A DNA stretch of 37,142 nt from a virus. The translations under genes and the position numbers were made by a program. The stretch lies in the UHGV virus genome UHGV-1374863. One strand, 5' to 3'. Positions 27,034 through 35,067 of this stretch are shown here, in pieces (within the stretch, counting starts at the first letter, position 1; every line of letters starts with the position of its first letter). The notes beneath the pieces were generated by a model, which searched no databases, was not told where the DNA came from, and worked only from the letters and a program-made list of their open reading frames with translations.

Positions 27034-27288
27034 TCATTGCTCTTCCTCGCTTTCTTCATTTCCAACAAACCTATATTCGTCTATTGATCTCCATTCCCCC
27101 TTTAACGTATTACACCAGAGAACACAGTCTTCTCCCATTTTCATTTCAAAACGTCCCTTTGATCCGATCCCAGAGATTAGCATTACTCGTTTTCCGCCTT
27201 CATTAATCGGGATGGCATACTCAAAAATAATTTCATACTTTTTGAAAAAACCATCTAACATAATTTTTATCGACTCTTCAGTAAGCAT
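27034..27288 (-). CDS. Hypothetical 84-aa protein
   Basis: RBS GGTGAGG; ATG lies 2 nt after the RecU stop. Confidence 0.5.
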   Translation of the reverse strand: MLTEESIKIMLDGFFKKYEIIFEYAIPINEGGKRVMLISGIGSKGRFEMKMGEDCVLWCNTLKGEWRSIDEYRFVGNEESEEEQ

Positions 27289-27290
27289 TT

Positions 27291-27803
27291 TTAAACCTCA
27301 CCGACATAGTCAAGAAATCCAATGAAACCAAAAGTAGTAATTTCATATTCTTTTAACTCTTCTTCAGTCATATATTTACGACCGTATAGAATTTTCATAT
27401 CATCCCAAATCGAGAAAGGAACAAATGCATAAGTTTTTCTAACTTGCACGCATACACCTGCACAAGCTCCGAGTTCCGCATGCAGACGTAAATAATCGGA
27501 CTGCGCAGCGCTAACTACCGATTGCTTGATTCTATCTTCCTGTGTCGTTTTAGCTTCAAAGATAATCGATCGACCGCCTGCAAGGGTTCCTTGAAAATCA
27601 GGTTGGGCCTTTTTATTTTTATGGAATTGTCCTACAAAGGCGCCGTTTGCCATTTTCTTCTTAACAGAGAATGGTTCTGGCGTTTTCTCAACAACAGCTA
27701 GTCCTTTCTTTTTGTAGTGATCGCACCCTAGCAAAATCATTTTTTCAAACAATTGTCCTTGATCGTTATTCATCTTGCTTTTAAAACTTCTATCATAATT
27801 CAT
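27291..27803 (-). CDS. recU: RecU-type Holliday-junction resolvase (PD-(D/E)xK)
   Basis: Motif PDFQGTLAGGRSIIFEAKTT. Confidence 0.65.
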   Translation of the reverse strand: MNYDRSFKSKMNNDQGQLFEKMILLGCDHYKKKGLAVVEKTPEPFSVKKKMANGAFVGQFHKNKKAQPDFQGTLAGGRSIIFEAKTTQEDRIKQSVVSAAQSDYLRLHAELGACAGVCVQVRKTYAFVPFSIWDDMKILYGRKYMTEEELKEYEITTFGFIGFLDYVGEV

Positions 27804-28113
27804 CTAGCGTTTTTCCTCCTCTGCTCTTTTTAGCTGCTTTGATTGCTTCTTCGTAATGATTTTTTGTTTCATAGTTTGCAAACTCTTTAAATTTTTCTGT
27901 ACAACGAACATGAATATATCGTTCATAATTTTGTTGGGATCGAAGTTGGTCTGCTGTTTTAAATTCATACATGTATGAACTGACTGAAATGTACTGTCCT
28001 TGTACTTTTATTTCTGATATATCATATTTCTTTGATAATTTTTTAACTGTTAAATATATTTCATGCGTAAGGTCTAGCAACCCCAAACAAACAACTAAAT
28101 ATCTTGCTTTCAT
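27793..28113 (-). CDS. Hypothetical protein; start taken at MKARYLVV, with ATGA overlap on the Rep stop
   Basis: ORF. Confidence 0.45.
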   Translation of the reverse strand: MKARYLVVCLGLLDLTHEIYLTVKKLSKKYDISEIKVQGQYISVSSYMYEFKTADQLRSQQNYERYIHVRCTEKFKEFANYETKNHYEEAIKAAKKSRGGKTLDEL

Positions 28114-28925
28114 CCTGCACGCTCCTTTTTCCACATTTTGAGATACATATGCATCCCTTTTCGTTCGTTGTTGACAAATTCAATTGATGTGATGTAAAAA
28201 TTAGGGTATTTCTTCTGAAGCACTTCATATCCTTTGTCATTGGATAAAAATAATTTTTCGATTGATCGACTTGAATATTTCGAGTCGTTGGGATGTAACT
28301 TCTGTGGTCGAGATAGATTGCGGCTACAATTCCATACTTTTTTGCCTTTCTTCCAGCGCTTCCCTTTTGAAAAATATCCAGATAACCTTTCAATCCCAAA
28401 ATCTCCATTTGGTTTTATTTTTCTTATATTCACGTAACCAAGCAATTTTTTATTTTTTCCTCTACCGTGCGACCAACATTCTTCTATAGCATCTCTGTTG
28501 ACCCCTTGATTCATAACTAAGTGAAAATGAACCCTTTTAAGATAATTACCTTCTTGGTCCAATTCGTATTCCATTACCCATATATATTTCAATTCTTTAT
28601 CTACTTTTTTGTATAAATTTCTTACTTTCCTCAAAAAATTACTTAAGTCTTTTTTTGCTTCTTCGGCTTTTTCTGGCGGTGGAATGTCTCCTTCGTCATA
28701 AGTTAGCGTTAAATAATAATCACCTTTAAAGAAATTTCCATTCATGGCTAACCTCATCCATTTATAACTTCTCTTGTCATTTGTGAGTTGTTGTTGAGGT
28801 CTTGTCATGTTCTCTTTTCTTTTTCTGGATGTATTACTTAATTTCTCCTTTACTTCGTCTGGCAATGGCACGACATCCACTTCTTGATAATCACCTGCAG
28901 CATACTTATTTTCTCTTACAAACAT
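28110..28925 (-). CDS. rep: Rolling-circle replication initiator (HUH endonuclease, pC194/pUB110 Rep_1-like)
   Basis: Motif 1 YLTLTY, motif 2 VHFHLVM (HUH), motif 3 SGYFSKG (catalytic Tyr ... Lys). Start at the ATG with RBS AGGAAGTGG; a GTG at 28934 is also possible. Confidence 0.7.
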   Translation of the reverse strand: MFVRENKYAAGDYQEVDVVPLPDEVKEKLSNTSRKRKENMTRPQQQLTNDKRSYKWMRLAMNGNFFKGDYYLTLTYDEGDIPPPEKAEEAKKDLSNFLRKVRNLYKKVDKELKYIWVMEYELDQEGNYLKRVHFHLVMNQGVNRDAIEECWSHGRGKNKKLLGYVNIRKIKPNGDFGIERLSGYFSKGKRWKKGKKVWNCSRNLSRPQKLHPNDSKYSSRSIEKLFLSNDKGYEVLQKKYPNFYITSIEFVNNERKGMHMYLKMWKKERAG

Positions 28926-29015
28926 GTTGGCCACTTCCTGAAATAATTTATCTTATGTCCTTAAGTTAATAACTATTACAAGCCCGATAAAACGCCGTAT
29001 TTACAACGTTTTGAA

Positions 29016-29103
29016 TTGATATAGAATTCCAAGAATGGTATAATAAATTATCAGAATATTATTCATTCTTTGAGTTCAGCATTTATGTTGGGCTCTTTTT
29101 TTT
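29016..29103 (+). ncRNA. Candidate ~50-nt countertranscript (ctRNA). Promoter TTGATA-17-TGgTATAAT (29016-29044); terminator hairpin GAGUUCAGCA/UGUUGGGCUC (29072-29095) followed by U8
   Basis: Near-consensus promoter and intrinsic terminator on the plus strand, with no plus-strand ORF. Antisense to the leader region upstream of rep. A second plus-strand hairpin with T-tract lies at 29113-29148. Confidence 0.45.
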
Positions 29104-29152
29104 CGTGTAAAAGCAGCAAGTCGTTTTCACTTGCTGCTTATTAATTTTTCGC

Positions 29153-29905
29153 TTAGGCAATGACTGTTAATTTGTTTTCTTCAATTAATCCTTTTAGAGC
29201 ATCCTCTAAAAACGATTTGATCGATTCCATTGCATGATACTTCCACAAACCACCGTCCGCTTCAAATAATGCACAATTTCCTCGCTCATTAATGCGGAAA
29301 ATAAATTGACTTTCTGGTTGAGGTACTTCTAAAAATGTTCTGTAAGGTTGTAGATCGGCAGGACTAGGAACTTTACCTTCTCCTACTGTGGAAGCACCAG
29401 TTTTCACGGTTGCTGTTTGAGATACTCCGTTATCGTTGATGGTTGCTCCATTATCAATTCTGACCGCACTTGCAAATTTTAAAATCGCTTCTGAATCTTC
29501 TGTTCTATCGAATAATGATTGTAAATTGATAATAAATTCTTCAGTATTCATAAAATACCCATAGTTAAACTTGTCTAAAATCGCTGTTGCTTTAATTAGA
29601 CTTTCTCGTTTTCTATCTAACTCATTTAATCGTCCATATACTTTCACTGACGTAGGACTTTCTACATGAATAAGTAGTTCGTCTGGATCATCGGTAGTTT
29701 CTTGATCAAATTTAGATAAAAGATACTGCACTAAACCAGTCAATGAATTTACTGTTAATGTTTCCGCGTATTTTGCTGGAAACAGTTCTCTTAACGATGC
29801 TTTGTTAGAATCATAAAAAATTCTATCCTCTTCTTTGTAAATAACCGCTTGTCCTTCTGATAGCTCCACTCCGTATTTAATTGCTTCTTTGATATTTTCT
29901 GTCAT
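29153..29905 (-). CDS. Hypothetical 250-aa replication-module protein
   Basis: ORF. Confidence 0.5.
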   Translation of the reverse strand: MTENIKEAIKYGVELSEGQAVIYKEEDRIFYDSNKASLRELFPAKYAETLTVNSLTGLVQYLLSKFDQETTDDPDELLIHVESPTSVKVYGRLNELDRKRESLIKATAILDKFNYGYFMNTEEFIINLQSLFDRTEDSEAILKFASAVRIDNGATINDNGVSQTATVKTGASTVGEGKVPSPADLQPYRTFLEVPQPESQFIFRINERGNCALFEADGGLWKYHAMESIKSFLEDALKGLIEENKLTVIA

Positions 29906-29924
29906 GATTTATCCTCCTAAAAAT

Positions 29925-30383
29925 TTAATTTGTCACTTTCTTTCTAAAGTCAATTACTTCTTGTTTTGTTGCTGACTCTTTTTGTTCCTTTTCAATATCT
30001 TCCACGGATTCGCCAGTATCTGTTTTCACCTTTAAATCTTCGGGGTCCATGTACATTTGACCACGAGTACCAGACTTCAACTCGTTCGCTTCAATGTAGC
30101 CAGTTTCGGCATTACGCCCAAAAAGAACTTTGGTTTCATTTTCATCACGTGGCACAAGTTTAGATTTGCTCTTACATGCTAGTATCACAAGTTCCCGATC
30201 CTTATCTGAGGACACTTCAATTGTTAATGTGATGGTTCTTTTTTTAATTGGATCAGTATTTAAGTCCAAAATATTTTCGAACACTTGTTGCATTTCATGC
30301 TCAAATTTTTCTTGCACAGCTCCTTCGCTTATTTCTGACAAATTCAAATTAATATTTTTCATTTGTTCTCTAGCTCCTTTCAA
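29925..30383 (-). CDS. Hypothetical 152-aa protein with an acidic C-terminus
   Basis: ORF. Confidence 0.5.
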   Translation of the reverse strand: MKGAREQMKNINLNLSEISEGAVQEKFEHEMQQVFENILDLNTDPIKKRTITLTIEVSSDKDRELVILACKSKSKLVPRDENETKVLFGRNAETGYIEANELKSGTRGQMYMDPEDLKVKTDTGESVEDIEKEQKESATKQEVIDFRKKVTN

Positions 30384-30439
30384 TTTTTGAAAAAATCGTT
30401 TATACTGGTATAAATCATTATTTGTAAAATAAATCTTTC

Positions 30440-30706
30440 TTAGACAAGTTCGTTTGCAGACGAATTTGTCTTTTTTTGTCTTCCTCCTAGCCGCTTACTG
30501 TAATTTTTTGTTTTAAGGCCTATTGATGAAGCTTTTGTCATAACTGAAGCAGGCGTTCTTTCTAACGCTAAACTCATTTCTTCTGGCCCAATAATTGCAT
30601 ACCAATTTTTCAAGTATTCGACTTCTTCATAGGTCCAAACCTTGCCTTGATTTTTGTGCAATTCTGGAGAATAGCTCATTCGGCCATATCGATCATAATT
30701 AGCCAT
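30440..30706 (-). CDS. Hypothetical protein, possibly DNA-binding
   Basis: ORF; start taken at MANYDRYG. Confidence 0.4.
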   Translation of the reverse strand: MANYDRYGRMSYSPELHKNQGKVWTYEEVEYLKNWYAIIGPEEMSLALERTPASVMTKASSIGLKTKNYSKRLGGRQKKTNSSANELV

Positions 30707-30708
30707 TT

Positions 30709-30936
30709 TTACCACTCCCAATAAAACAAAATCTCATTGGCATTATTTTTCTCTGCCGCTTTGACTCCTTCTTCTTCTAAAGAATCTAGGAATGGTTGAG
30801 TTAGTCCTTTGCTATTGACTGTTACGCTAGTTTTTCCATTGCTTGCAGCGGCCATAATGTTTTTAACAGCATTGTTTTGCGCATTAGCTAACATTGCATC
30901 ATAAATTGAGTCACCTAAACCTCGTACTTCTATCAA
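30709..30936 (-). CDS. Hypothetical 75-aa protein
   Basis: ORF. Confidence 0.4.
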   Translation of the reverse strand: MIEVRGLGDSIYDAMLANAQNNAVKNIMAAASNGKTSVTVNSKGLTQPFLDSLEEEGVKAAEKNNANEILFYWEW

Positions 30937-31289
30937 TCCAATTCACCTCTCAAAAAAGTTTGTAATAAATCATCTATGTTAGAATCAGATTCACTTGTTT
31001 TTTGTTTAAATCCAAATGCTTCTCTTAAATCTTCGCAATTCGAACAATTACAGGTACCATTTTTAACAGAGTTTAAAAACAGCTCTGTCAATGTTGATAA
31101 AATAATAGATTGATCTATCAATGCTCCTCCCACTAGTGTTGCCTGAGCATCATTATTTTTATCAATAATCCCACACACCATAGGAAGCTCAGCTTTATTG
31201 CATTCGTCTTGTAAACCTTGCAACAAGGCTTCAATTTTCTTATTCATTTTATTAATCTCCTTTTTTAATATATGAATTTTTTGTTCCAA
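30933..31289 (-). CDS. Hypothetical 118-aa coiled-coil protein with a CNCSNC motif
   Basis: ORF. Confidence 0.45.
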   Translation of the reverse strand: MEQKIHILKKEINKMNKKIEALLQGLQDECNKAELPMVCGIIDKNNDAQATLVGGALIDQSIILSTLTELFLNSVKNGTCNCSNCEDLREAFGFKQKTSESDSNIDDLLQTFLRGELD

Positions 31290-31396
31290 AAATAGTTGTT
31301 AAAAACATAGCAACAGCCATTGCAATTCCTGCCTTTAAATCTAAATTTGTTAGATAGATAACCGTTGCGAGCATTATTAAATCTGGCAACGATTGT

Positions 31397-31567
31397 TTAA
31401 TTTTTCTTTTCATCTATTTCAATTCCTCTCCTAAAAAATATCGTAGTGACGAACCAGGTAATATAAATTGCTAAAGCAAGTTGCCAACATTTAAATAAAC
31501 ACACTAGAATAGTTACATTCATGAGAATGCTGTAGATTATGAATAAGTATTTTTGTTTAGCCATCAT
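31397..31567 (-). CDS. Small membrane protein (2 TM segments)
   Basis: Hydrophobic ORF; its ATGATGG start overlaps the stop of the upstream gene. Confidence 0.4.
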   Translation of the reverse strand: MMAKQKYLFIIYSILMNVTILVCLFKCWQLALAIYITWFVTTIFFRRGIEIDEKKN

Positions 31568-31691
31568 GCTTCTTCTCTGCATCTAAAAGCTTCACCCCAT
31601 ACAAACGGCCAATCAGCTCTGCTTCTATATCAGTAATCCCACGCTCTTTTAGTGACTCATGGTATTTTTTCTGTACATTTTCTTTTGACAT
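31557..31691 (-). CDS. Small early protein (first gene of the leftward early operon)
   Basis: ORF; start taken at MSKENVQ. Confidence 0.35.
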   Translation of the reverse strand: MSKENVQKKYHESLKERGITDIEAELIGRLYGVKLLDAEKKHDG

Positions 31692-31788
31692 TAATGTATT
31701 CCCCTTCCTATTTTTTAATTTATCCAACAATTGTGTAAACATTTTGTTACCTACCTGTTTACTTCAATTTTTTTAATTTATAGTTTAT

Positions 31789-31797
31789 TGGTATAAT
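31789..31797 (+). promoter_or_regulatory. Extended -10 TGGTATAAT promoter for the 31845-32378 gene
   Basis: Motif read directly; RBS GGAGGTGA before the ATG at 31845. Confidence 0.5.
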
Positions 31798-31844
31798 TTA
31801 CTTATCAACATAATTCTGTTGAATAAGGAATGGAGGTGATTGCT

Positions 31845-32378
31845 ATGAATAATGAACTTTTCTCGGGTGTTTTAATAGCTTTAATAGGTTTTTTAGGTGC
31901 AATCTTTGGCGGAAAATATTCTGCTAAAACTGAAAAACAAGTTACTTCAAGAATTATTTTCGAAAAAGCATACTCAGAGATATTCCTATTAATTGAAAAT
32001 GATTTTTACAACAAAAAACTTACAGACGAGCAGATAACTGATCTTGGTCTAGAAATTAATGAAATCTTAGAAAAAGCTGATGGATATTACTATCCTTCGC
32101 TCAAACAATATGCACAATGGATGTTCGATCCTGAATATACTCAAAATCTGCAAGAGCTTTGGCATTCTTTCTGTTGGACATTTGATAGACAGTACGAAAA
32201 AGTTTGCTCTGACATCGGTTTACCTACTAGAAGCAGATACTATCGAATAAACAAAAGACAATATTCCGGTGTTATGCATTTTTTCAAAATTTATTTCTTC
32301 AGTCGGTACACATGGGCAGATATTTTATTAATTGCTCTTCTTGTGTTATTAATAACATTATTCAAAATAACCAATTAA
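31845..32378 (+). CDS. Membrane protein (N- and C-terminal TM helices flanking a ~120-aa soluble domain): moron, candidate superinfection-exclusion or abortive-infection protein
   Basis: Opposite strand to the early operon, own promoter, followed by a strong hairpin at 32399-32438. Confidence 0.6.
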   Translation: MNNELFSGVLIALIGFLGAIFGGKYSAKTEKQVTSRIIFEKAYSEIFLLIENDFYNKKLTDEQITDLGLEINEILEKADGYYYPSLKQYAQWMFDPEYTQNLQELWHSFCWTFDRQYEKVCSDIGLPTRSRYYRINKRQYSGVMHFFKIYFFSRYTWADILLIALLVLLITLFKITN

Positions 32379-32502
32379 TGAGAATTACTATTGATAATGA
32401 GAGCAGGAAGAATCTTAGATTTATTTTTCCTGCTTCTCTACTGGCTAAAAAGTTTGTTATAAACAACAAGCTAGCAATAATAATCAATATACACACACCT
32501 TT

Positions 32503-32673
32503 CTAATTCCTTAATTTATCTAACAACCCTTGTTGTTCTAAAATTGCATCCCCCATTGCTTCTGCAATCATCTGTCTTCGTTCTGGTGACCATTCTTTTT
32601 TTGATATGTCCTCGCAAATAGTACCGTCTGCATTTCTAATGATTACTTTTAACGGCTCTTGTTTTTTTGTCAT
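32503..32673 (-). CDS. Small 56-aa protein, not in the ORF track
   Basis: RBS GGAGGAG 5 nt before the ATG at 32673. Confidence 0.45.
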   Translation of the reverse strand: MTKKQEPLKVIIRNADGTICEDISKKEWSPERRQMIAEAMGDAILEQQGLLDKLRN

Positions 32674-32702
32674 TGCGGTCTCCTCCTTTACTAGTAATTA
32701 CA

Positions 32703-32711
32703 TGGTATAAT
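32703..32711 (+). promoter_or_regulatory. Extended -10 TGGTATAAT promoter for the 32747-33337 gene
   Basis: Motif read directly. Confidence 0.45.
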
Positions 32712-32746
32712 TGATAAAAATCACAAAAATTAGGGGTTGATATTTT

Positions 32747-33337
32747 TTGAAAGAATTATTACTAAAAGACTTTATTACTATTGGTATATCTTCTATAGCT
32801 CTTTTGATTTCACTGATAAACTTATATAGAGATAGAAAAAATATTAGCGTTAGGATAACGAATCAAACTCTTATAAAAAGAATAGAAACTTATGATAAAG
32901 AGCCGGCTTTTCCAAATCAATCAGCTGGTGTATCAATCGGCTTCAGATTTTTAAATACTTCTAAACACTCGATTGGTTATTATGATCTTGTTTTTAAAGA
33001 CGGACATACGAATCAATTACTTCCTTGTACGTATAAATTTGCTTTACGGCCCGAGATTGCTAATCAGGAACTATTAGGCATAACTCCCTTGGATGAAATT
33101 ACACATTTAAATTTTATGGATTCAAATTATGGAGTAATCCCAGCTAACTCTTATGTTTTGAAAGAAGTAATTGTTTATCCTATATCGGACAAAATCCGAG
33201 TTAATATTAAATTTGCTAAATCAACCATCATTCCTAATTTTAGAAGCGAAACTACTAAATTTAAGAAATGGAAGTCTACCCTAATTAAACTCACTGATGA
33301 AGAAATCAGCACTATTATTCAAGAAAATCAAAAATAG
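32747..33337 (+). CDS. N-terminally membrane-anchored protein with a beta-rich extracytoplasmic domain (TTG start): moron, candidate surface exclusion protein
   Basis: ORF with N-terminal TM helix; opposite strand to the early genes. Confidence 0.5.
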   Translation: MKELLLKDFITIGISSIALLISLINLYRDRKNISVRITNQTLIKRIETYDKEPAFPNQSAGVSIGFRFLNTSKHSIGYYDLVFKDGHTNQLLPCTYKFALRPEIANQELLGITPLDEITHLNFMDSNYGVIPANSYVLKEVIVYPISDKIRVNIKFAKSTIIPNFRSETTKFKKWKSTLIKLTDEEISTIIQENQK

Positions 33338-33458
33338 ATACAATAATAGCTACACCAGCAATAATAAGAGGTTCTTTAAAAACAATAGTTAGAACCAATG
33401 GAATTAATAAAAATACGAAAATATATATTACCAATTCTAATTTTTCAATATAGTCCAT
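33315..33458 (-). CDS. 47-aa hydrophobic protein, not in the ORF track
   Basis: RBS GGAAGGA; convergently overlaps the 3' end of the 32747-33337 gene by 23 nt. Confidence 0.4.
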   Translation of the reverse strand: MDYIEKLELVIYIFVFLLIPLVLTIVFKEPLIIAGVAIIVSIFDFLE

Positions 33459-33492
33459 TACATTTATCCTTCCATTAAACTTCTTTTCTTAG

Positions 33493-33651
33493 CTACTCTT
33501 TTTCATTTACCGAAATTTCAAAATGCATTGAAGCCAATTCGCCTGCCAGCGTTTTGGCTTCTTTCAACACTTCGACATATCTTTCAGCTTTTTTCGTAGC
33601 TTCATCTATGCCGTCAATACTTACGTCAACTTTTATTTCTGGTTTGTTCAT
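33493..33651 (-). CDS. 52-aa small protein downstream of cro, not in the ORF track
   Basis: RBS AAAGGAGAA before the ATG at 33651. Confidence 0.45.
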   Translation of the reverse strand: MNKPEIKVDVSIDGIDEATKKAERYVEVLKEAKTLAGELASMHFEISVNEKE

Positions 33652-33670
33652 CCTATTCTCCTTTGGCTAC

Positions 33671-33898
33671 TTAAGCCGATTTCGGTTTTTCCGAAACGGA
33701 GGTTAAAAAAATATCATCAACAGTAACGCCTAAAGCCGTAGCAATTTTTTCTACAGTAGAATATTTAGCATTCCGCAAAGCATCAATACTGTTTTCATAA
33801 TTAATAATAGTCCGTTCGGTTATACCTGTCTTTTTCGCTAGTTCTTTTTGTGTCATTCTTTTTTCTCTTCTTAAATCATAAATTTTAACTTTTTTCAT
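33671..33898 (-). CDS. cro: Cro-like XRE-family HTH regulator (75 aa)
   Basis: HTH MTQKELAKKTGITERTIINYEN; RBS AAAGGAGGGG; divergent from the repressor gene. Confidence 0.8.
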   Translation of the reverse strand: MKKVKIYDLRREKRMTQKELAKKTGITERTIINYENSIDALRNAKYSTVEKIATALGVTVDDIFLTSVSEKPKSA

Positions 33899-34009
33899 AC
33901 TAGCCCCTCCTTTCAACTTGAATTATACATTTCGGTTTTTCCGAAGTCAAGAAAAATATTTCGGTTTTTCCGAATATTTTTTCATGAAATCTATTTCATT
34001 TTTTCCGAA
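33681..34009. repeat. Operator array of the palindrome TTCGGTTTTTCCGAA: site A 33931-33945, site B 33960-33974, variant site C 33995-34009 (TTCATTTTTTCCGAA), and distal site D 33681-33695 inside the last cro codons
   Basis: Three exact 15-bp copies plus one 13/15 copy; A-C lie between divergent HTH genes and overlap their promoters. Confidence 0.75.
33922..33950 (-). promoter_or_regulatory. Promoter for cro: TTGACT (33945-33950), 17-nt spacer, TATAAT (33922-33927); operator site A sits in the spacer
   Basis: Consensus hexamers read from the reverse complement. Confidence 0.7.
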
Positions 34010-34045
34010 TCGATGGTACACTATTACCAAAAGCGAGGTGTAATT

Positions 34046-34504
34046 ATGTTTTCAAAGAATCTAAAATATCTTAGGGAAAAGCATCACTTAGAGCAAATTG
34101 AATTGGCAGAAAAACTAAATAGAAAAAGTGCTTCTTCTATAAGCGAATGGGAGAAAGGAAAATATACGCCTAAAATCGGTATATTAAACGATATAGCTGA
34201 ACTTTTTGACGTAAGTATCACAGACTTAATGAATAAAGACCTGTCTTCAAATGATCATTCTAGTTCCAAATTGGATATTAACCCTGTTTATTCAAAGTTA
34301 AATGAAGAAAACAAAAGAGAAGTATATAATTTAGCACAAAAAAGACTGACTGAACAGAACTCTAACATATCCACTTTTCCGCAGCCTAAAGAAAATTCAC
34401 AGCAAATTGATCTTGCTGCTCATTCAGAAATTGATAATCGAGAATATACAGACGAACAAATAAAAGGAATAAGAAAGTATTTAGATCAATATATTGATGA
34501 ATAA
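34046..34504 (+). CDS. CI-like XRE-family repressor (152 aa)
   Basis: HTH IELAEKLNRKSASSISEWEKG; RBS GCGAGGTG. The ORF-track start at 34013 lacks an RBS. Confidence 0.8.
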   Translation: MFSKNLKYLREKHHLEQIELAEKLNRKSASSISEWEKGKYTPKIGILNDIAELFDVSITDLMNKDLSSNDHSSSKLDINPVYSKLNEENKREVYNLAQKRLTEQNSNISTFPQPKENSQQIDLAAHSEIDNREYTDEQIKGIRKYLDQYIDE

Positions 34505-34521
34505 AAAATAGTAGGTGTATT

Positions 34522-34986
34522 ATGAATGATTATGAGATTTTGTTAGATACGATTAATAAAGAAATCCCAGTTAAAGAGGTTCCGTTGTTGGAAGAAACAC
34601 AAGACACAGCTTATTATTACAGAGGAACTATTTTTATTGATAAGGATTTATCAACTGTTGCAAAAAAAGAGAGGCTTTATGAAGAATATGGTCATTACAA
34701 AACTACAGTTGGTAATATCCTTTCTCAAAATATTATCGAAAATCGCAAACAAGAAAAGGCTGCTCGTGTCTACGGTGCAAATGAAGCAGTCTCATTAGAC
34801 GACTTAATAAACGCTTGGGAAATTGGATGCAAATATTATTGGGAATGCGCAGAATTTTTAGGCTTTTCACCTAAATATGTAGTTGATGCTGTTCAATACA
34901 TAAAGGAAAAGCATGGCCCTATTTTTAATTATAAAGGTTATCAATTTCGTTTTATCACAGAAACATGCATGGACATAACAAAATAA
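34522..34986 (+). CDS. ImmA/IrrE-like protein (degenerate metallopeptidase motif EEYGHYK), the usual partner of XRE repressors
   Basis: Position and size; partial HExxH-like motif. Confidence 0.5.
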   Translation: MNDYEILLDTINKEIPVKEVPLLEETQDTAYYYRGTIFIDKDLSTVAKKERLYEEYGHYKTTVGNILSQNIIENRKQEKAARVYGANEAVSLDDLINAWEIGCKYYWECAEFLGFSPKYVVDAVQYIKEKHGPIFNYKGYQFRFITETCMDITK

Positions 34987-35020
34987 GCTCGTGAGCCAAC
35001 ACGAGCTTTCAACCTCTTTT
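34985..35020 (+). terminator. Terminator: stem AAGCTCGTG/CACGAGCTT followed by TCAACCTCTTTT
   Basis: Inverted repeat read directly after the ImmA-like gene. Confidence 0.55.
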
Positions 35021-35067
35021 GAGATTCATAGTAAATACATTATATCAAGAAATGAGGAATTTTAAAA

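Noticed and set aside
28061-28408. 115-aa minus-strand ORF
   Set aside because: Overlaps about 300 nt of the well-supported Rep gene in another frame; no RBS
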